DNA of 64,000 nucleotides, taken from positions 25,544,001 through 25,608,000 of the forward strand of contig NC_043000.1 of the NCBI RefSeq assembly GCF_006345805.1. Reading direction: 5' to 3'. Position 1 is the first letter of the stretch, and each line of letters opens with the position of its first letter. Below the pieces are notes generated by a model. It was not told the origin of the DNA and did not search any database. It saw nothing but the letters and a program-made list of their open reading frames with translations. Of the stretch, positions 11,373-25,104 are shown piece by piece. The DNA comes from Octopus sinensis (taxonomy: Eukaryota). The position numbers and the translations under genes are program-made.

Positions 11373-11835
11373 AGGTGCGGGAGAGGCTGTGTAGTAAGTA
11401 GCTTGCTTACCAACCACATGGTTCCAGGTTCAGCCCCACTGCATAGCACCTTGAGCGAATGTCTTCTACTACAAGCCTTAGGCTGACCAAAGCATTATGA
11501 GTGGGTTTGGTAGATGGAAACTGAAAGAAGCCCATCATATATATATATATATACCCATGCTAGCATGGACAACGGACGCTAAACGATGATGATGATGATG
11601 ATGTATATATATATATGTATGTATATGTATATGTTTGTGTGTCTGTGTTTGTCCCCCCACCATCGCTTGACAACCAATGTTGGTGTGTTTGCGTCCCCGT
11701 AACTTAGTGGTTCAGCAATAGAGATCGATAGAATGAGTATTAGGCTTACAAAGAATAAGTCCTGTGGTCGATTTGTTCGACTAAAGGTGGTGCTCCAGCA
11801 TAGCCACAGTCAAATGACTGAAACAAGTAAAAAAG
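11373..11835 (+). mobile_element. SINE family A, full, with RTE-tail tip in its spacer
   Basis: Head and 3' module match family; CCCATGCTAGCATGG..(GAT)n at about 11555-11603. Confidence 0.8.
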
Positions 11836-11847
11836 TAAAGGATAAAA

Positions 11848-12106
11848 GAAATATATGTATCTGTGTGTGTGTGTGTGTGTGTGTGCAAGTGTATGCATGT
11901 TTGTGTGCAAGTGTGTGTATGCATGTGTGTGTGCATGTGTGTGTGTTTGTGTATGTGTGTGTGCATGTGTATATGTGTTTGTGTGTGTGTGTGTGTGGTT
12001 ACTTGCTCTCTTCAGGAGAATAATTACAAATGACAGTGGCAATGGTGGTGGCAGCAGCAGTGATGATGGTGATTATGATGATGATGATGATGATGATGAT
12101 GGTGAT
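11848..12106. repeat. (GT)n compound microsatellite followed by (GAT)n
   Basis: Direct reading. Confidence 0.9.
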
Positions 12107-12115
12107 TAGTCTTAC

Positions 12116-12181
12116 CAACAGTCTGTTCTTGGATTCTGTTTTGTGAAAAGTTTTTTTTGTTTTTTATGTTTCAAGCTGATT
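12116..12181 (-). other. Candidate 66-nt exon
   Basis: Long pyrimidine tract plus CATAG acceptor; donor TG|GTAAGA; one open frame ISLKHKKQKKLFTKQNPRTDC. Confidence 0.3.
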
Positions 12182-12701
12182 CTATGAAGAAAAAAAAGAA
12201 AAAAAAAAGAAAAGAGAAAAAATATAAAACAGAGATAAAAAGAGTGATGAATGACATCAAAATTAGTTTATTATATAATCCATGATGTATCACTTTAACC
12301 ATAGCGATAAAACACACTGCAGTTATATATACATACACACACACGTGTGTGTGTGTGTGTTCGCGCGCATGCGTGTTGTGATTTGTCTGAGTTGTCTAAA
12401 TCTCTTCCATTTTTACACCATGTAGTTTAATGTCACTGCTCTAAATAGCCTAACTTACTGTTTATTATTTATTGAGAATTCTGTGCTATTATGTGACAGA
12501 TTATATTGGTCAGACAGCCTTTCTTTCAATATGCATTTAAATTATGTAATATCATTTGGATAATAACCTTATAACGTGCTTTACAAAACTCTTCCACTGG
12601 TATCAGCTATCATATGCTGTCATACAGCAGAAATTCTTTTACTGGAAATGCATGTGAAAATCCATTAATATCTACAGAATCCATACAAAAAATTATAATA
12701 C

Positions 12702-13070
12702 TTTGACGAAATAGAAAGGGTTATAGCTTCACATGGGGTAGAAGACAACTGGAGGTCTCTAAGAGACAACCTGCTGAGAGCCACTGACCAGATCTGTGGT
12801 TGGTGCAAAGTCCCCTCAAGACCCAAAATAACGTGGTGGTGGAACAATATTGTTGACAGGGCTATTAGACAAAAGAAACAGGCTTGGAAGGACTGGAAGA
12901 ACTGGCCTCCGTGCCGGTGGCACGTAAAAAGCACCATCTGACCGTGGCCGTTTGCCAGCCCCGTCTGGCACGTTAAAAGCACCCACTACACTCAAGTTAA
13001 ACCCCAGTTAAACCATTCAACCTATGCTAGCATGGAAAGCAGATGCTAAATGAGGATGATGATGATGATA
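12702..13070 (+). mobile_element. Internally deleted RTE LINE: ORF linker fused to (GAT)n tail
   Basis: VEDNWRSLRDNLLRATDQICGWCK...TWWWNNIVDRAIRQKKQAWKDWK, then tail motif from 12903. Confidence 0.85.
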
Positions 13071-13114
13071 GAATGAACAGGTTTTATGCATACACACAGA
13101 GCTATACATATACA

Positions 13115-14381
13115 CAGACATGTAGGAAGTAAATAGACATCTTTAATTTTCAAAATCTTTTACTTAATATGCAAACGAACAAATGAAATGTAATCGACAG
13201 CTAGGACCACATATTTTAGTATTTAGTTGACATTCCCTTTGCAGTTTTTAATTCAGAAACTCTTTTTGGCTTTGAACTGATGAACTTTGTGATTGTCTCT
13301 TGTGGAATTTCTGCCCAATTTTCATGCAACAATCAAAACAATTCATCTTTAGATCTAGGTTTCTGTCAAATTCTTCATATAGCTCTGTCTAGTATACTCC
13401 AAAGATTTTCAATTGGGTTCATGTCAGGAGATTGGCTCAGCCAAGGAAGCTTTTTGATCCCATTTTCTGTCAGCCATTGTTAATTCCTTTTTGCTGTGTG
13501 GCATGGAGCCCCATCTTCCATAATTTAAAACTCATTTTTCATTATGTTATCGTGTGAATATATCGGAAGTAGTCCTTGCTTAAGTTTTTCAATGTATTTT
13601 TCAGAGTTTATGGTTCCAACACATTTGATCAACTCAGAACGACCATTGTTGGTGACAGCTCCCCATATCATTACAGAGATATGCCATGTTTCACAATTGA
13701 TTGGAGTCAATTCAAATAAAATTCTTGATAGGGAAGCCTCCAGACCCAAACACGTCCACTGTCTGAAAATAAAGCAAATCTGGATTCATCTGAGAAAATC
13801 ATTCTATACCAAAATGAACTGTTTTTTTCTGACATCTCCTTAGCCCATTTCTTTCTTTTCATGATATTAATTGGCTGAAGGAGAGGTTTTCTTCTAGCTG
13901 CTCGTCCATAATACCCAAGCTTATGCAGATATATAACACACATTCTTGGACTAACTTATAGCTTTCTTCTAATGTCAGAAGCCTTCGAACAGGGTTCATT
14001 TTCCACAATTCTCTTCAAACAGTGAAGCTTCCTTTCTGAGAGCCCAGGTCGGCCAGAATGAGAATCTGTCGAGTCTTTTCCTTGGCCTTTGAATTGCACT
14101 ATAATTCTATTAACAGTTGCAGCATGGAAGGTGTTTGTAAGCCATTTAAGAAACACACAAAAGCCGTTCGATTCAGATGCAGTACGGATTTTTGTCAGTA
14201 AACAGGTCGCGGTCTTAAAGCGACGAAAATATTTTGACAAATTAAACTTAAATGTTGAAGTGAATCGAACGGCTTTTGTGTGTTTCTTAAATGGCTTACA
14301 AACACCTTCCATGCTGCAATTGTTTTCGTTTCAGCATATGATCTCAGTTCAAATCACTTGCTATGCAAGTGCATCTCTGTA
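13115..14381 (-). mobile_element. Decayed Tc1-family transposon
   Basis: ARRKPLL...[32 protein letters not shown]; termini uncertain. Confidence 0.9.
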
Positions 14382-14579
14382 AATCTATTAACAGTAGCAA
14401 GAGGAATTTGAAGATTTTTGGCAATTTTTCGCTGGCTAAGACCAGCTTCAGATTACCCTACAATATGACCTCTTTGAAAATCTGACCATTCTGCTGAATT
14501 TTTTGTGCGTGGCATGTATATGTATCTATATGTCTGTGTATGTATGTTTATGTGCATGTCTGTGTATGTATGTATTTTT

Positions 14580-14775
14580 TTTTCTTTTACTTGTTGCAGT
14601 CATTTAACTGTGGCCATGCTGTGGCACCACCTGGATGAATTTTTTTAGTTGAATGTATTGGCTCCCAGAACTTACTTTTTTAAAAGCCTGGTACTTGCTG
14701 CATTGCTAAGTTATAGTGACATAAACCCCAATGCCAGTTGTCATGTGATGATGGGAGGACAAACACAGACATGAA
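14580..14775 (-). mobile_element. SINE A 3' module only, degenerate
   Basis: Reverse of tail module. Confidence 0.65.
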
Positions 14776-14796
14776 GACACACACATACATATATAC

Positions 14797-15303
14797 AAGA
14801 GAATACCCTCCATCAGGCATCTGCCATATTCTGAACGCCTTACTTCTCTGGGCATGGATACATTGAAACTCCGACGTCTGGCAGCTGACTTGGCAGACAC
14901 CCATAAAATTATTAACCATCTTACAAACAATAACTCTGAGCACCTTTTCAAATCCCACCTGTCTAACACCCGTGGACATGTTTACAAAGTCAGAAACCAG
15001 CACAGCTCCCATGACTTTTGGAAACATTTTTTCCTGCTAAGAGTTGCTGAAGCATGGAACAAACTACCGGCATCAGTTGTTAGTTGTCGGAACACTGCAT
15101 CCTTCAAAACTTGCATACTTCCTGAGATTCGCCAACACTACACCTGATTTTCTCCCCTCCATAAACACGCAAGCATGTATCTGACTCATACACTGTTCAC
15201 TTCCCAGACATTTGTACAATGCACATATGCTTTATATGCACTTTTTGACAAGTTGTGGTGCACCTGAGCACTATATACAATAATTTCATTATTATAATTA
15301 TTA
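14797..15303 (+). mobile_element. CR1-type LINE 3' end with (ATT)n tail
   Basis: IRHLPYSERLTSLGMDTLKLRRLAADL...TRGH...RVAEAWNKLP. Confidence 0.9.
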
Positions 15304-16069
15304 TTATATACGGCAGGCTTCTTTCAGTTTCCGTCTACCAAATCCACTCACAAGGCTTTGGTTAGTGCAATTCTATAGTAGAAGACACTTGCCCAAGGTG
15401 CTATGCAGTAGGACTGAACCTGGAACCATGTGGTTCCACACCTGCACCTAATCTTTCTGTTTTTTGGGGGTTTTTTTCGCCTTCTACAAGATTCTGTAGC
15501 CAGGTTCCCACTGTTATGCAGTTCTCGCCTCCCACGTATAGCTTTTAATTTTCCGGTCCAGTGAACTGCAGCCTTCATCAACCTCTTCAAGCTGACTCCC
15601 TCTCGAAACTACAGCCCACCCGTACCCTGCCATGGCTCTGTCTTCAGTCACAGAAATTCAAGCTGAACATCAAATACATCATGTGGAAGGAATTGTAACA
15701 GTTAAAGACGCTGCCTTTCCCGGATTCTTAGACCTAATGCTACGTAGGAAAACAAATAATTGTCTGCTGACCGCGAACTAAGGGGAGACAATCAAAATAA
15801 CTCTTGTAAACTATTTGAGAGTAACCTCCCTTCGCTGAATATTCCCCTGGACATTCTGTAAACTTTTTGGTCCTTAAGTGAAGAGTTTCCTATATGTCCA
15901 CTTGTGTTGTTGATTTTTCTTGTTTTTATTTTGTTCCTTTGTTGTCCCTCTGCGCCACATTCTATTATTATGGTTTATAAAAGATTCCTGTTTCTTTTTT
16001 TAAAGCTTGTGTTCTACATCTTTTCATGAAAAGGAAAATACCATATGTAGATGATTTTTTTTAGCGATC

Positions 16070-16071
16070 TA

Positions 16072-16128
<57 letters not shown>

Positions 16129-16250
16129 GTCAATCTATCTATCTGTCTGTCAGTCAGTCAGTCTGTCTGTCTCTCTCTCTCAGTCAATCTATCTATCTGT
16201 CTGTCTATCTATCTATCTGTCTATCTACCTATCTATCTATCTATCTCATC
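16070..16250. repeat. (CT)n / (TCTG)n / (TCTA)n microsatellites
   Basis: Direct reading. Confidence 0.95.
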
Positions 16251-16429
16251 ACTATCCATTAACATCCGTTGTCCATGCTGGCATGAGTTGAACTGCTGAC
16301 ATATGTGTGTAATTTGATCAATAAGTATCCGGACTGTTGCTATAGAAACGAAACTAAAGCACACAGAATGAAGCCTCTTAGTACAGATTGACCTTGAACC
16401 CTGCTGTGCATATACACAAAGTTTCACAT

Positions 16430-16900
16430 TCAAGCTCACTTCTGCCATTTACAGCAGTTTTGGCAGACACACGTCTCATACCCAAATCGTCAGTAACAAT
16501 GGACTGAACCATAACTAATCTGCACATCCTCCAATAACTCACAGATGGTAATTTGAAGATTTCCCCTCACAGCTGCACACATATCTGTGATGCTTTCCTC
16601 AGTTTTGCTGGCTGCATGTCATCCAGAATGTTCATCACTATTGACATTTGTTCGGCCATCTTGGAAACGTCTGAACCATTCTTACACTTGTGTGCGATTC
16701 ATACACTCCTCTCCATACACTTTCTGCAACTTTGTGTCAGCCTCTGAGCAGGTATCGCCATGACAACTTTCTCTGTCATGGTCAATGTGATGATCACACG
16801 TTACACATGTTACTTCCAAGCACTGCTGTAAATAGTGGAAGTGAGCTAGAACATTAAAACTTAGTGTGCATGTGCAGCAAAGGTCACAATCAATCTGTGC
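16430..16900 (-). mobile_element. Mariner transposase N-terminal (HTH) fragment, decayed
   Basis: GDTCSEADTKLQKVYGEECMNRTQV..WFRRFQDGR resembles mariner HTH. Confidence 0.7.
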
Positions 16901-17814
16901 CAAGTGACTTCACTCTGCTTGCTTCAGCCTTCACACCGCCGTCCGTTCCCTGCTTGTCTATGTGCCGTTGCCACTAGCGGAAGGCCTCCGCTACGCACAC
17001 TCCCATGCTCGCAATCATCGTCAATGAACGAAAGCTCACGGTCCCGCCCACGATGGCAACAGACTGGATACTTATTGATCAGACCTTGTATATATGTATA
17101 TATATTTATATGACAGGTCCATTCCCAATTGCCTCAGTTCATCACCCCTGACCTTATCCCTGGGCACAGTGCATCTCTCTTGCACCCCACTGCTACACAC
17201 TTCACATCATCTGTGTTCCCTCCTACTACCTTCAAGACCCACTCCCATACCTGCCAACTTCCCTCAAAACAGACAGATATTCACAATTGACTACGCCTCC
17301 ACCATGTTCAACATTCACCTCGATCCCCCTTCTCTTTCCCTCTGCTACCCTCCTATCACACTCTTGTGACCTCCCCTACTTACTCACCCAGTCCAGTTCT
17401 CAATACCATTTCTCTTATATTCATCTTCTTGTAATTTGAGGGTAAACTCTGAAGCCATTTCACCACCATCTTCTCTCTTCCCCAACATGTCCCTCTATCA
17501 CACTTTAAACCTTCATCACCTGGCATGAAGCCTCTTCCCTCAATATCACACCCCCACCTCCTCAGTTAAAGATCTTGTCTTCTGATGACCCCATTTGTGC
17601 CAGTGTTACATAAAAAAAACATTCAGTACATTCTGCAAAATGGAAGGGCATTAGGAAGGGCTTCTCTCCATAGAAACCATGCCAAAGCAAAAAACTGAAT
17701 CTTGGCATGGTCCTCTACCTCATCAGCTCCTGTCAAACCGTCCAACCCATGCAAGCAGGGAAAACCGACAGGAAATGGTTACGATTATATATATATATAT
17801 ATATATATATATTC

Positions 17815-18090
17815 TTTTACTTCTTTCAGTTATTTGACCATGGCCATGCTGGAGCACCACCTTTAGTCAAACAAATCGACCCAGGACTTATTCTTTGTAA
17901 GCCTGGTACTTATTCTATCAGTATCTTTTTGCTGAACTGCTAAGTTACAGAGACGTCAACACACCAACATCGGTTGTCAAGTGATGGTAGGGGGACAAAC
18001 ACAGACACACACATACATACATATGTTGCTCATACATCTGTCTTCATCTTTTGTTTTTCTGTAAATTTCAACTATATATGTGTGTGTGTA

Positions 18091-18127
<37 letters not shown>

Positions 18128-18290
18128 GATGGACTTCTTTTTAGCCTCAGTCTACCAAATCCACTCACAATGCTTTGGACGGCCTGAGGCTATAGCTGAA
18201 GACACTTGCCCAAGGTGCCACGCAGTGGGATTGAACCCAGAACCATGTGGTTTGGGAAGCAAGCTTCTTACCACACAGCCACATCTGCAC

Positions 18291-18292
<2 letters not shown>
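17815..18292 (-). mobile_element. SINE family A
   Basis: Module 17815-18010 plus head 18125-18292. Confidence 0.8.
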
Positions 18293-18330
<38 letters not shown>

Positions 18331-19019
18331 GCGTATATATATATATATACATGCATATATATATATATAGATATATATAAAATTATATCTCCATTCTTGC
18401 ATAGACTGGTTAAGTCCTTTCTCCAGCACTGTGACACTTCTGACAGTTTCTTATCATCTTTATATGGTTTCAGGATCCTGTGATCAGCTGCCATCATCTC
18501 TTACCATATCTTCCTTAGTCTTTCCTCTTCCCCAGCTTCTTTCCACTTGGGTATTTCAGCACTTCTTCTTGACCCAACAGTCATTCTCCATATGCATCAT
18601 GTTAGCCCCAACACTTTCTCCCCCTTTGCACTCTGCATCCCAAACCCCTTATATCTAGTTTCCCTCTTGACTCATTTCCATTTCTCTATTCATGAACCCT
18701 ATCATTATGTGCCCAATGCAACATATTTTGTTCCTTTAGAATAGTTTACTCCTCCTTCACAATAAATGCCCATGATTCACTACCAGCAACTATCCCAAAT
18801 CACATTTGCCAACACTGCCCCTGGGGCACCCTTTCCTTTTATTACTCTCACTGTTAACTTTTCAGCCTTTTTGTGTTTTGTTTTGTGTACTGTGCACTTT
18901 TGGCTTTCATTACTTCTTTCTTTACTTAATTTATAACTACTTTCAGTTCCCTATTTTGCCCCTTTCTGATGAGCTGTAGTGTACCAGAGCACTGTACAAA
19001 ATAAGCACAGTATATATAT

Positions 19020-19387
19020 GAGCAAAACGCCTCCACCCCCCGTCCAATGGACGGTGCTGAGTTGTCAAACATTTAAACCAAATTTTCTCAAAATAACTTT
19101 TCCAACCATCCCATAGGCCTCACCTTTGAGAAAAACTGATTTAAAACATTTGAGACACCAGCAAAAGAAGAAATAAAGATAGACTTTTTCCTATTCCAAA
19201 GAAAAACGATTTCCCACGGCTTTATCGATCACATTTTCACCTGGAATTGATTTTTGTAATTTTTTCAAGACTTATACACGCCCTCATACCGTCAGTATCT
19301 ACATATCAAATTTGAGCACAATTGGATGGAGGATGCCCGAGATCCTAGAAGACACACACACACACAGAACGGATTTTATATAAGAGA
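19020..19387 (-). mobile_element. Non-autonomous Helitron-like element
   Basis: 5' A|TCTCTTATATAAAA; subterminal hairpin CCGTCC-AAT-GGACGG 19040-19054; CTRR end not preserved. Confidence 0.55.
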
Positions 19388-20428
19388 TATTATATATTCC
19401 CAAGCATCATACAATCTACCCTTCATTTACACAGAGAATTTCTCTCTCTCTGTCACGACCAGAAGTAATATAATAATACCTCCCCGAACTTTTTCCTACT
19501 CCATGCTTACTCTAGCTATCCTCTTTTCACCATACCCCCATCACTGCTGATTATATGACCTAGGTACCACCAGAAGCTATCAGTTACTTTTAAGGAACCC
19601 CTGGATATTCAGAGTAATTCAGTATAGTCTCTTATGTACCCCTGTATCTCTCTCTCTCCCCACTACTCTTACACCTTTCACCTACTTTCTGTCCATTTTC
19701 CTTCCTGAGCCACTCCCATCTCTCATCCCTCTCCATACAGGTATTTCTCATCATCTGCAACCCCATCCTTGTTCATCATTCACTATATTAACCTCCACTT
19801 CCAGCTATTTATTTCCCCTCTCACACTCCTCTGAAAGCATCCACACACTCTCTCCTCCTCCTCCTCACGACCCCCTATCTGTATCCTATTTTATGCTCAT
19901 CTTCTTACTCTTTGAGACTTTGCTCTAGCACCTCGTCACTACCTTCCTTTTATCTCCTTCTTAGTATAATAAATGCGAATGGCAGTGTGTCAGTGTGTCA
20001 CACTTTTTCAACTTTACTCCTAGACGCCATAGCCCAACAGATCATACCATTTTGGAATCAGGTCAACTCCGTGAGTAAATTAAAAACATTCTGCACCGAA
20101 TCCAGACCTGCAATCCTGAAATTTTGGAGTCCAAAGTTTTCATTACTATGATTGCTTTCAGTGATTTTTTTTACATGATTTTCTGCAATAAATTTTTTTT
20201 GTATAACATTTTTTAAAACTTGGAAATAAATTTTGGGAATGATCAAAATTAATTGCAAAATCCAGCGATTATTTTCAACGGTTTTTTTTACATGATTTTT
20301 TTGTGACAAACATGATCATCATTGGGATATGACTCTGGAGGAAGCAACAACATGAAAGTCTCCAAAACAAGTCAGAGATCTGTTTGCAGATCTTCCTATT
20401 TAGTGTCAATAGCTTAAAAGCCATATAC

Positions 20429-20663
20429 CTATTTCTTTACTACCCACAAGGGGCTAAACACAGAGGGGACAAACAAGGACAGACAAATGGATTAAGTCGA
20501 TCACATCGACCCCAGTGCGTAACTGGTACTTAATTTATCAATGCCGAAAGGATGAAAGGCAAAGTCGACCTTGGCGGAATTTGAACTCAGAACGTAACGG
20601 CAGATAAAATACGGCTACACATTTTGTACGGCTTGCTAACGTTTCTGCTAGCTCGCCGCCCTC
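20429..20663 (-). mobile_element. SINE family B with 15-bp TSD
   Basis: AAAAGCCATATACCT at 20416-20430 and 20664-20678. Confidence 0.9.
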
Positions 20664-20885
20664 AAAAGCCATATACCTCCTCTCTAGCAGGAACACCTGT
20701 GCTTATCACTTTACCATACTTCAGCCTTTCAACACCTGACATAAAAACCATCATCTCCACCTCCCAGATATTTCTTCTTAGTAGCAGGGGTGGGGCTTTC
20801 CCCACTTTCTGTTTTCTCTGTTCTTTTCTGACTTGAAAGTTATATGACAACCTTGCTAGTGCCTTACAGTACATTCTGTAAGGTA

Positions 20886-21451
20886 TTGGGTTGTCCAGAA
20901 AGTTCGTGCTGATTTTTAAAGGAAAGGAAAAGGTCAATAAATACTTGCCATTACATTTTTAATCAACCAAATATGAAACATTTTGTTGCACAATGCGTCT
21001 TCATCTTTCCTTTAACTTGAAAATACCTTCTTCCCAGAATTAAGGTGGTTTCATAGCAAAGAATTCATCAAAGTATCTATTTATGCCATCCAAGGAATTG
21101 AAATTTTTACCATTAAGACTATTCTGCAGAGACCTGAATAAGTGGAAATCCGAAGGAGCAATATCTGGTGAATATGGAGGGTAGGGTAACACATCCCAGC
21201 CGAGCTGCAGCAATTTTTGTCTGGTTCCCAAAGCATCAAGTGCCGAAAATAAACTTTCTTATCTTCCATTTTAAAGGGTTACAGAATTAACACAGGTTAT
21301 AGAAACATAAACCTTCTTCCACAAAAAGATAGCTTAAACTGTGCTCTAAATGGAGGTGTAGTCAAATCCTATTTAATGGACTCAACCATGTTCTAAAATA
21401 AGCTTGAAGGTAAGCTACTATAAATCGGCATGAACTTTCCGGGCAACCCAA
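20886..21451 (-). mobile_element. Internally deleted mariner with both TIRs and TA TSD
   Basis: TA|TTGGGTTGTCCAGAAAGTTC...GAACTTTCCGGGCAACCCAA|TA; YPPYSPDIAPSDFHLFRSLQN. Confidence 0.92.
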
Positions 21452-22011
21452 TAATTAGCATTAGAAAGACTGTAGCGGCACAAGCAGTCAGCGCCATATT
21501 GGATGAGATCTTGCAACAGCCATTGCCATATCCGAGACTGGAGCAAGACCGTACCTGCATCCATTTGCCATGTGCGAGATCACAACGAAGCTCACAATGG
21601 CAAACTGTATATAAGGGCAAAACAAACAGATTCATTCTCTCTCTCCGCTTCTATGCAGTAGCGCTTGCTGAGCACACTTCACTTCCTGGGCCTGTCTGCA
21701 TGTTGTACCTCCAAAGGCAATGTGCCAGCTCTAATGGAGATACAACACCACACACACAGCTCAAGATAGTTCACCTGTTCTGTGAAACTTGTAAATAAAC
21801 CGGTTGTAAATTGCATTTGTACTTAAAGACTTCTTTCTTCACCTGCCAGAGCCTGAACTGCACGAAGAACAAGATATAATGGGAGAAGGCGAAATTCTCC
21901 CGATATCGTAAACCTTGCCTTCCATTATAAGACCATTCGTCTATAGAAACCATACCAAAGATGACACTGGAACTCAGTGCAGCCCTGTTCCTTGCTGGTT
22001 CCTTATCAAAC

Positions 22012-22240
22012 CTATTTCTTTACTACCCACAAGGGGCTAAACACAGAGAAGACAAACAAGGACAGACAGATGGATTAAGTCGATTATATCGATCCCAGTG
22101 CATAACTGGTACTTAATTTATCGACCCCGAAAGGATGAAAGACAAAGTGGACCTCGGCGGAATTTGAACTCAGAAAATAACAGCAGACGAAATACGGCAA
22201 CGCATTTCGTCCGGCGTACTAACGTTTCTGCCAGCTCACC
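22012..22240 (-). mobile_element. SINE family B inserted into an RTE tail (21880-22010 / 22240-22322)
   Basis: Full element; short ATCAAAC duplication; RTE tail continues on both sides. Confidence 0.85.
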
Positions 22241-22589
22241 AATCAAACATCCTACCCATGCTGGCATGGAAAACAGATGCTAAATGATAATGATGATGAT
22301 GATGGTGATGATGATAATGATAATGATGAGTACACTTAATCCTAGCTGTTTCTGTGCATCTACTACATAGAAACCCCCTATCAATTTAATCTCGCATGTG
22401 ATCCCACACAGCATTACTTTTACACTCATAGTTTGAATGCATTGAGTACACTGCATGGAACTCCTACCCACTGCTTTCTATATATTGAGCTTGGCCACTT
22501 CCTACATGGCAGTAAAAACATGTCTCCAACCCATGGAGGCATGAAAAGAACAGTTCTAAAAATTATGTTCATGCTGATAATCATCATCA

Positions 22590-22950
22590 TCATCATCATC
22601 GTTTAACGTCCGTTCTCCATGCTAGCATGGGTTGGACGGTTCGACCGGGGATCTGGGAAGCCAGAAGGCTGCACCAGGCTCCAGTCTTATCTGGCAATGT
22701 TTCTACAGCTGGATGCCCTTCCCAACGCCAACCACTCCGTGAGTGTAGTGGGTGCTTTTTACGTGCCACCTGCACAGGTGCCAGGCGAGGCTGGCAACGG
22801 CCACGGTCGGATTGGTGTATTTTACATGCCACCGGCATGGAGGCCAGTCGAGGCGGCGCTGGCATCGGCCACGAGTCGGATAGTGCTTTTTACTTACCAC
22901 CAGACCAGGGATCCTGGCTGGTTCAATTCGATTTCGATTTCGCTTGCCCC
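22590..22950 (-). mobile_element. RTE-type 3' tail with GGCACGTAAAAAGCAC subrepeats
   Basis: (CAT)n then GTTTAACGTCCG..CCATGCTAGCATGGGTTGGACGG. Confidence 0.85.
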
Positions 22951-23019
22951 AACATAATATATATATGTGTGTGTGTGTACATATATATAAATGCATATGT
23001 CTATATATGTGTATGTATG

Positions 23020-23063
<44 letters not shown>

Positions 23064-23065
<2 letters not shown>

Positions 23066-23350
23066 GGTGTAGGAGTGGCTGTGTGGTAAGTAGCTTGCTT
23101 ACCAACCACACGGTTCTGCCTTGGGCAAGTAGCTTCTACTATAGCCTTGGGCCGACCAAAGCCTTGTGAGTGGATTTGGTAGACAGAAACTGAAAGAAGC
23201 CTGTCGGGTATATATGTATATATATATATATATTCTTTGTAAGCCTAGTACTTATTTTATAGGTCTCTCTTACCGAACCGCTAAGTGATGGGGACGTAAA
23301 CACACCAGCATCGGTTGTCAAGTGATGTTGGGGGGACAAACACACACACA

Positions 23351-23385
<35 letters not shown>

Positions 23386-23597
23386 TTGTGTGTGTGTTTG
23401 TAAGCCTAGTACTTATTTTATAGGTCTCTCTTACCGAACCGCTAAGTGATGGGGACGTAAACACACCAGCATCGGTAAGAGACCTATAAAATAAGTACTA
23501 GGCTTACAAAGAATAAGTCTTGGTGACGATTTGCTCGACTAAAGGCAGTGCTCCAGCGTAGCCTCAATCAAATGACTGAAACAAATAAAAGAATAAA
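23064..23597. mobile_element. SINE A head followed by locally triplicated and inverted 3' modules
   Basis: Modules 23233-23345(-), 23397-23476(-), 23474-23597(+) share private variant TTTTATAGGTCTCT. Confidence 0.85.
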
Positions 23598-23949
23598 AAG
23601 AATATACACACATGCACACATTTGTACACCCTATACTATAAATAAAGCCAAAAGCTCATTAAGTTGAATGCAAAGGCACCGTCCTATCTATTACAATATC
23701 CAATCTCCTCTGATGTGTTTCCATTATGTTGTAACATCATAAAACAGTATTAATGGCTTTCAAAACACTTGACTGTTCAACTGTTACCAATTATTATTGA
23801 ATTCCACTGACTTTGCAATTATCTCACATGAATAATAATATCACCAGCATCACCTAGTTTAGCAGAAAAATCAAATCATGTGGTTCTAGGGTGTTGTATT
23901 TTGTTAAAATTTTTTTTTATTTTCTGTATAAATTTGAATATCCCATATC

Positions 23950-24465
23950 ATAATCATCTATTCATCATTTAACATGGCATGTTTTCCATGCTTGGAAAGC
24001 TTGACAGGATCTGGAAAGGCCAGGGTTCACACCAGGTTCCGTAGTCTGTTTCGACATGATTTCTACAGCTGGATGCCTTTCTAAATGCCAACCACTCCAC
24101 AGAATATACAGGGCACTTTTTACGTGCTACCATAACCAGTGCTTAATCATCATCATCATCATTTAACATCCGTTTTCCATGCTGGCATGGGTTGGACGGT
24201 TTGACTGAGGTCTGGAGAGCCAAAAGGCTGCACCAGGCTCCAATCTGAACTGGCAAGGTCTCTACAGCTGGATGTCCTTCCTAACACCAACCACTCAAGA
24301 GCCAGTCAGGCGGGCCTGGCCCTGATCACGTTCAGATGGTACTTTTTACATGCTACTGGCACAAGAGCCAATCAGGGGGTACTGGCATTGGCCATGATTC
24401 ATTGGTGCTTTTTACATGCCACCAGTGAGGGAGCCAGTCAGGTGGACCTGGCATCGACCACATTC
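23950..24465 (-). mobile_element. Two tandem RTE-type 3' tails
   Basis: Tail motif at about 23960-24130 and 24145-24465. Confidence 0.75.
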
Positions 24466-25104
24466 AATAATAATAATAATAATAATGGTTTCAGATTTTG
24501 CCATAAGGACAGCAATTTTGGGGGATGGGATGAGTAAATTACATTAACCCTGGTGTTCAACTGGTACTTATTTTATTGACCCTAAAAGTATGAAGAGCAA
24601 GTTGACCTTGGTGGAATAGTAATAATAATAATATTATTATTATAATGCTGGGTGGAGGTGCTTGTCTCCACTTTGAAAACATTAGGACACAGGAAATGTG
24701 TCAAGTCCAAGAAATGGTGTTTCCTAGGTTGACAATATGCTATCACTTTATTGTGCTGCTATTGCATAATTCTCTCTGAGGGATTTAGAAATCTATTATT
24801 TTTAGTTTCCATGGGGCTCGCTCAACCTGCTAAACATAGCAACAAAATTTCAATGAAATTACATTCTATCATTAAAAACAATAATAATAATCTGGGACAT
24901 GAGGGACATATTGGAAGATGTAGTTCTAGATTTGCAATGCTTGAGTAAAGGAGGGGTGGGCATGGCTGAGAAGCCTCTGATTATAGGCCTTCTCAGGGAT
25001 ACTCAAGAGCTAAACAACAACAGCAGCAGTGGCAACAACAACAACACTACCTCCGCCACCATTACAACCAACAGCACCATCACCATTACCACCACCCAAC
25101 TCAC

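Noticed and set aside
15440-16040. L1/Tx1 or Penelope 3' fragment
   Set aside because: No diagnostic motif could be read, so it is left unclassified.
17385-17445. Exon that would join 25105-25136 to 12116-12181 in frame
   Set aside because: Good donor but no pyrimidine tract at the acceptor, and it lies in repeat-like DNA; the phase match could easily be chance.
18961-19010. Hammerhead (CTGATGA at 18966)
   Set aside because: A wobbly stem follows, but there is no GAAA box, stem III or stem I.
22596-23169. ORFs up to 180 aa, also 49545-50144 (199 aa)
   Set aside because: Concatenated RTE tail, microsatellite and SINE sequence; the same peptides recur at every copy.
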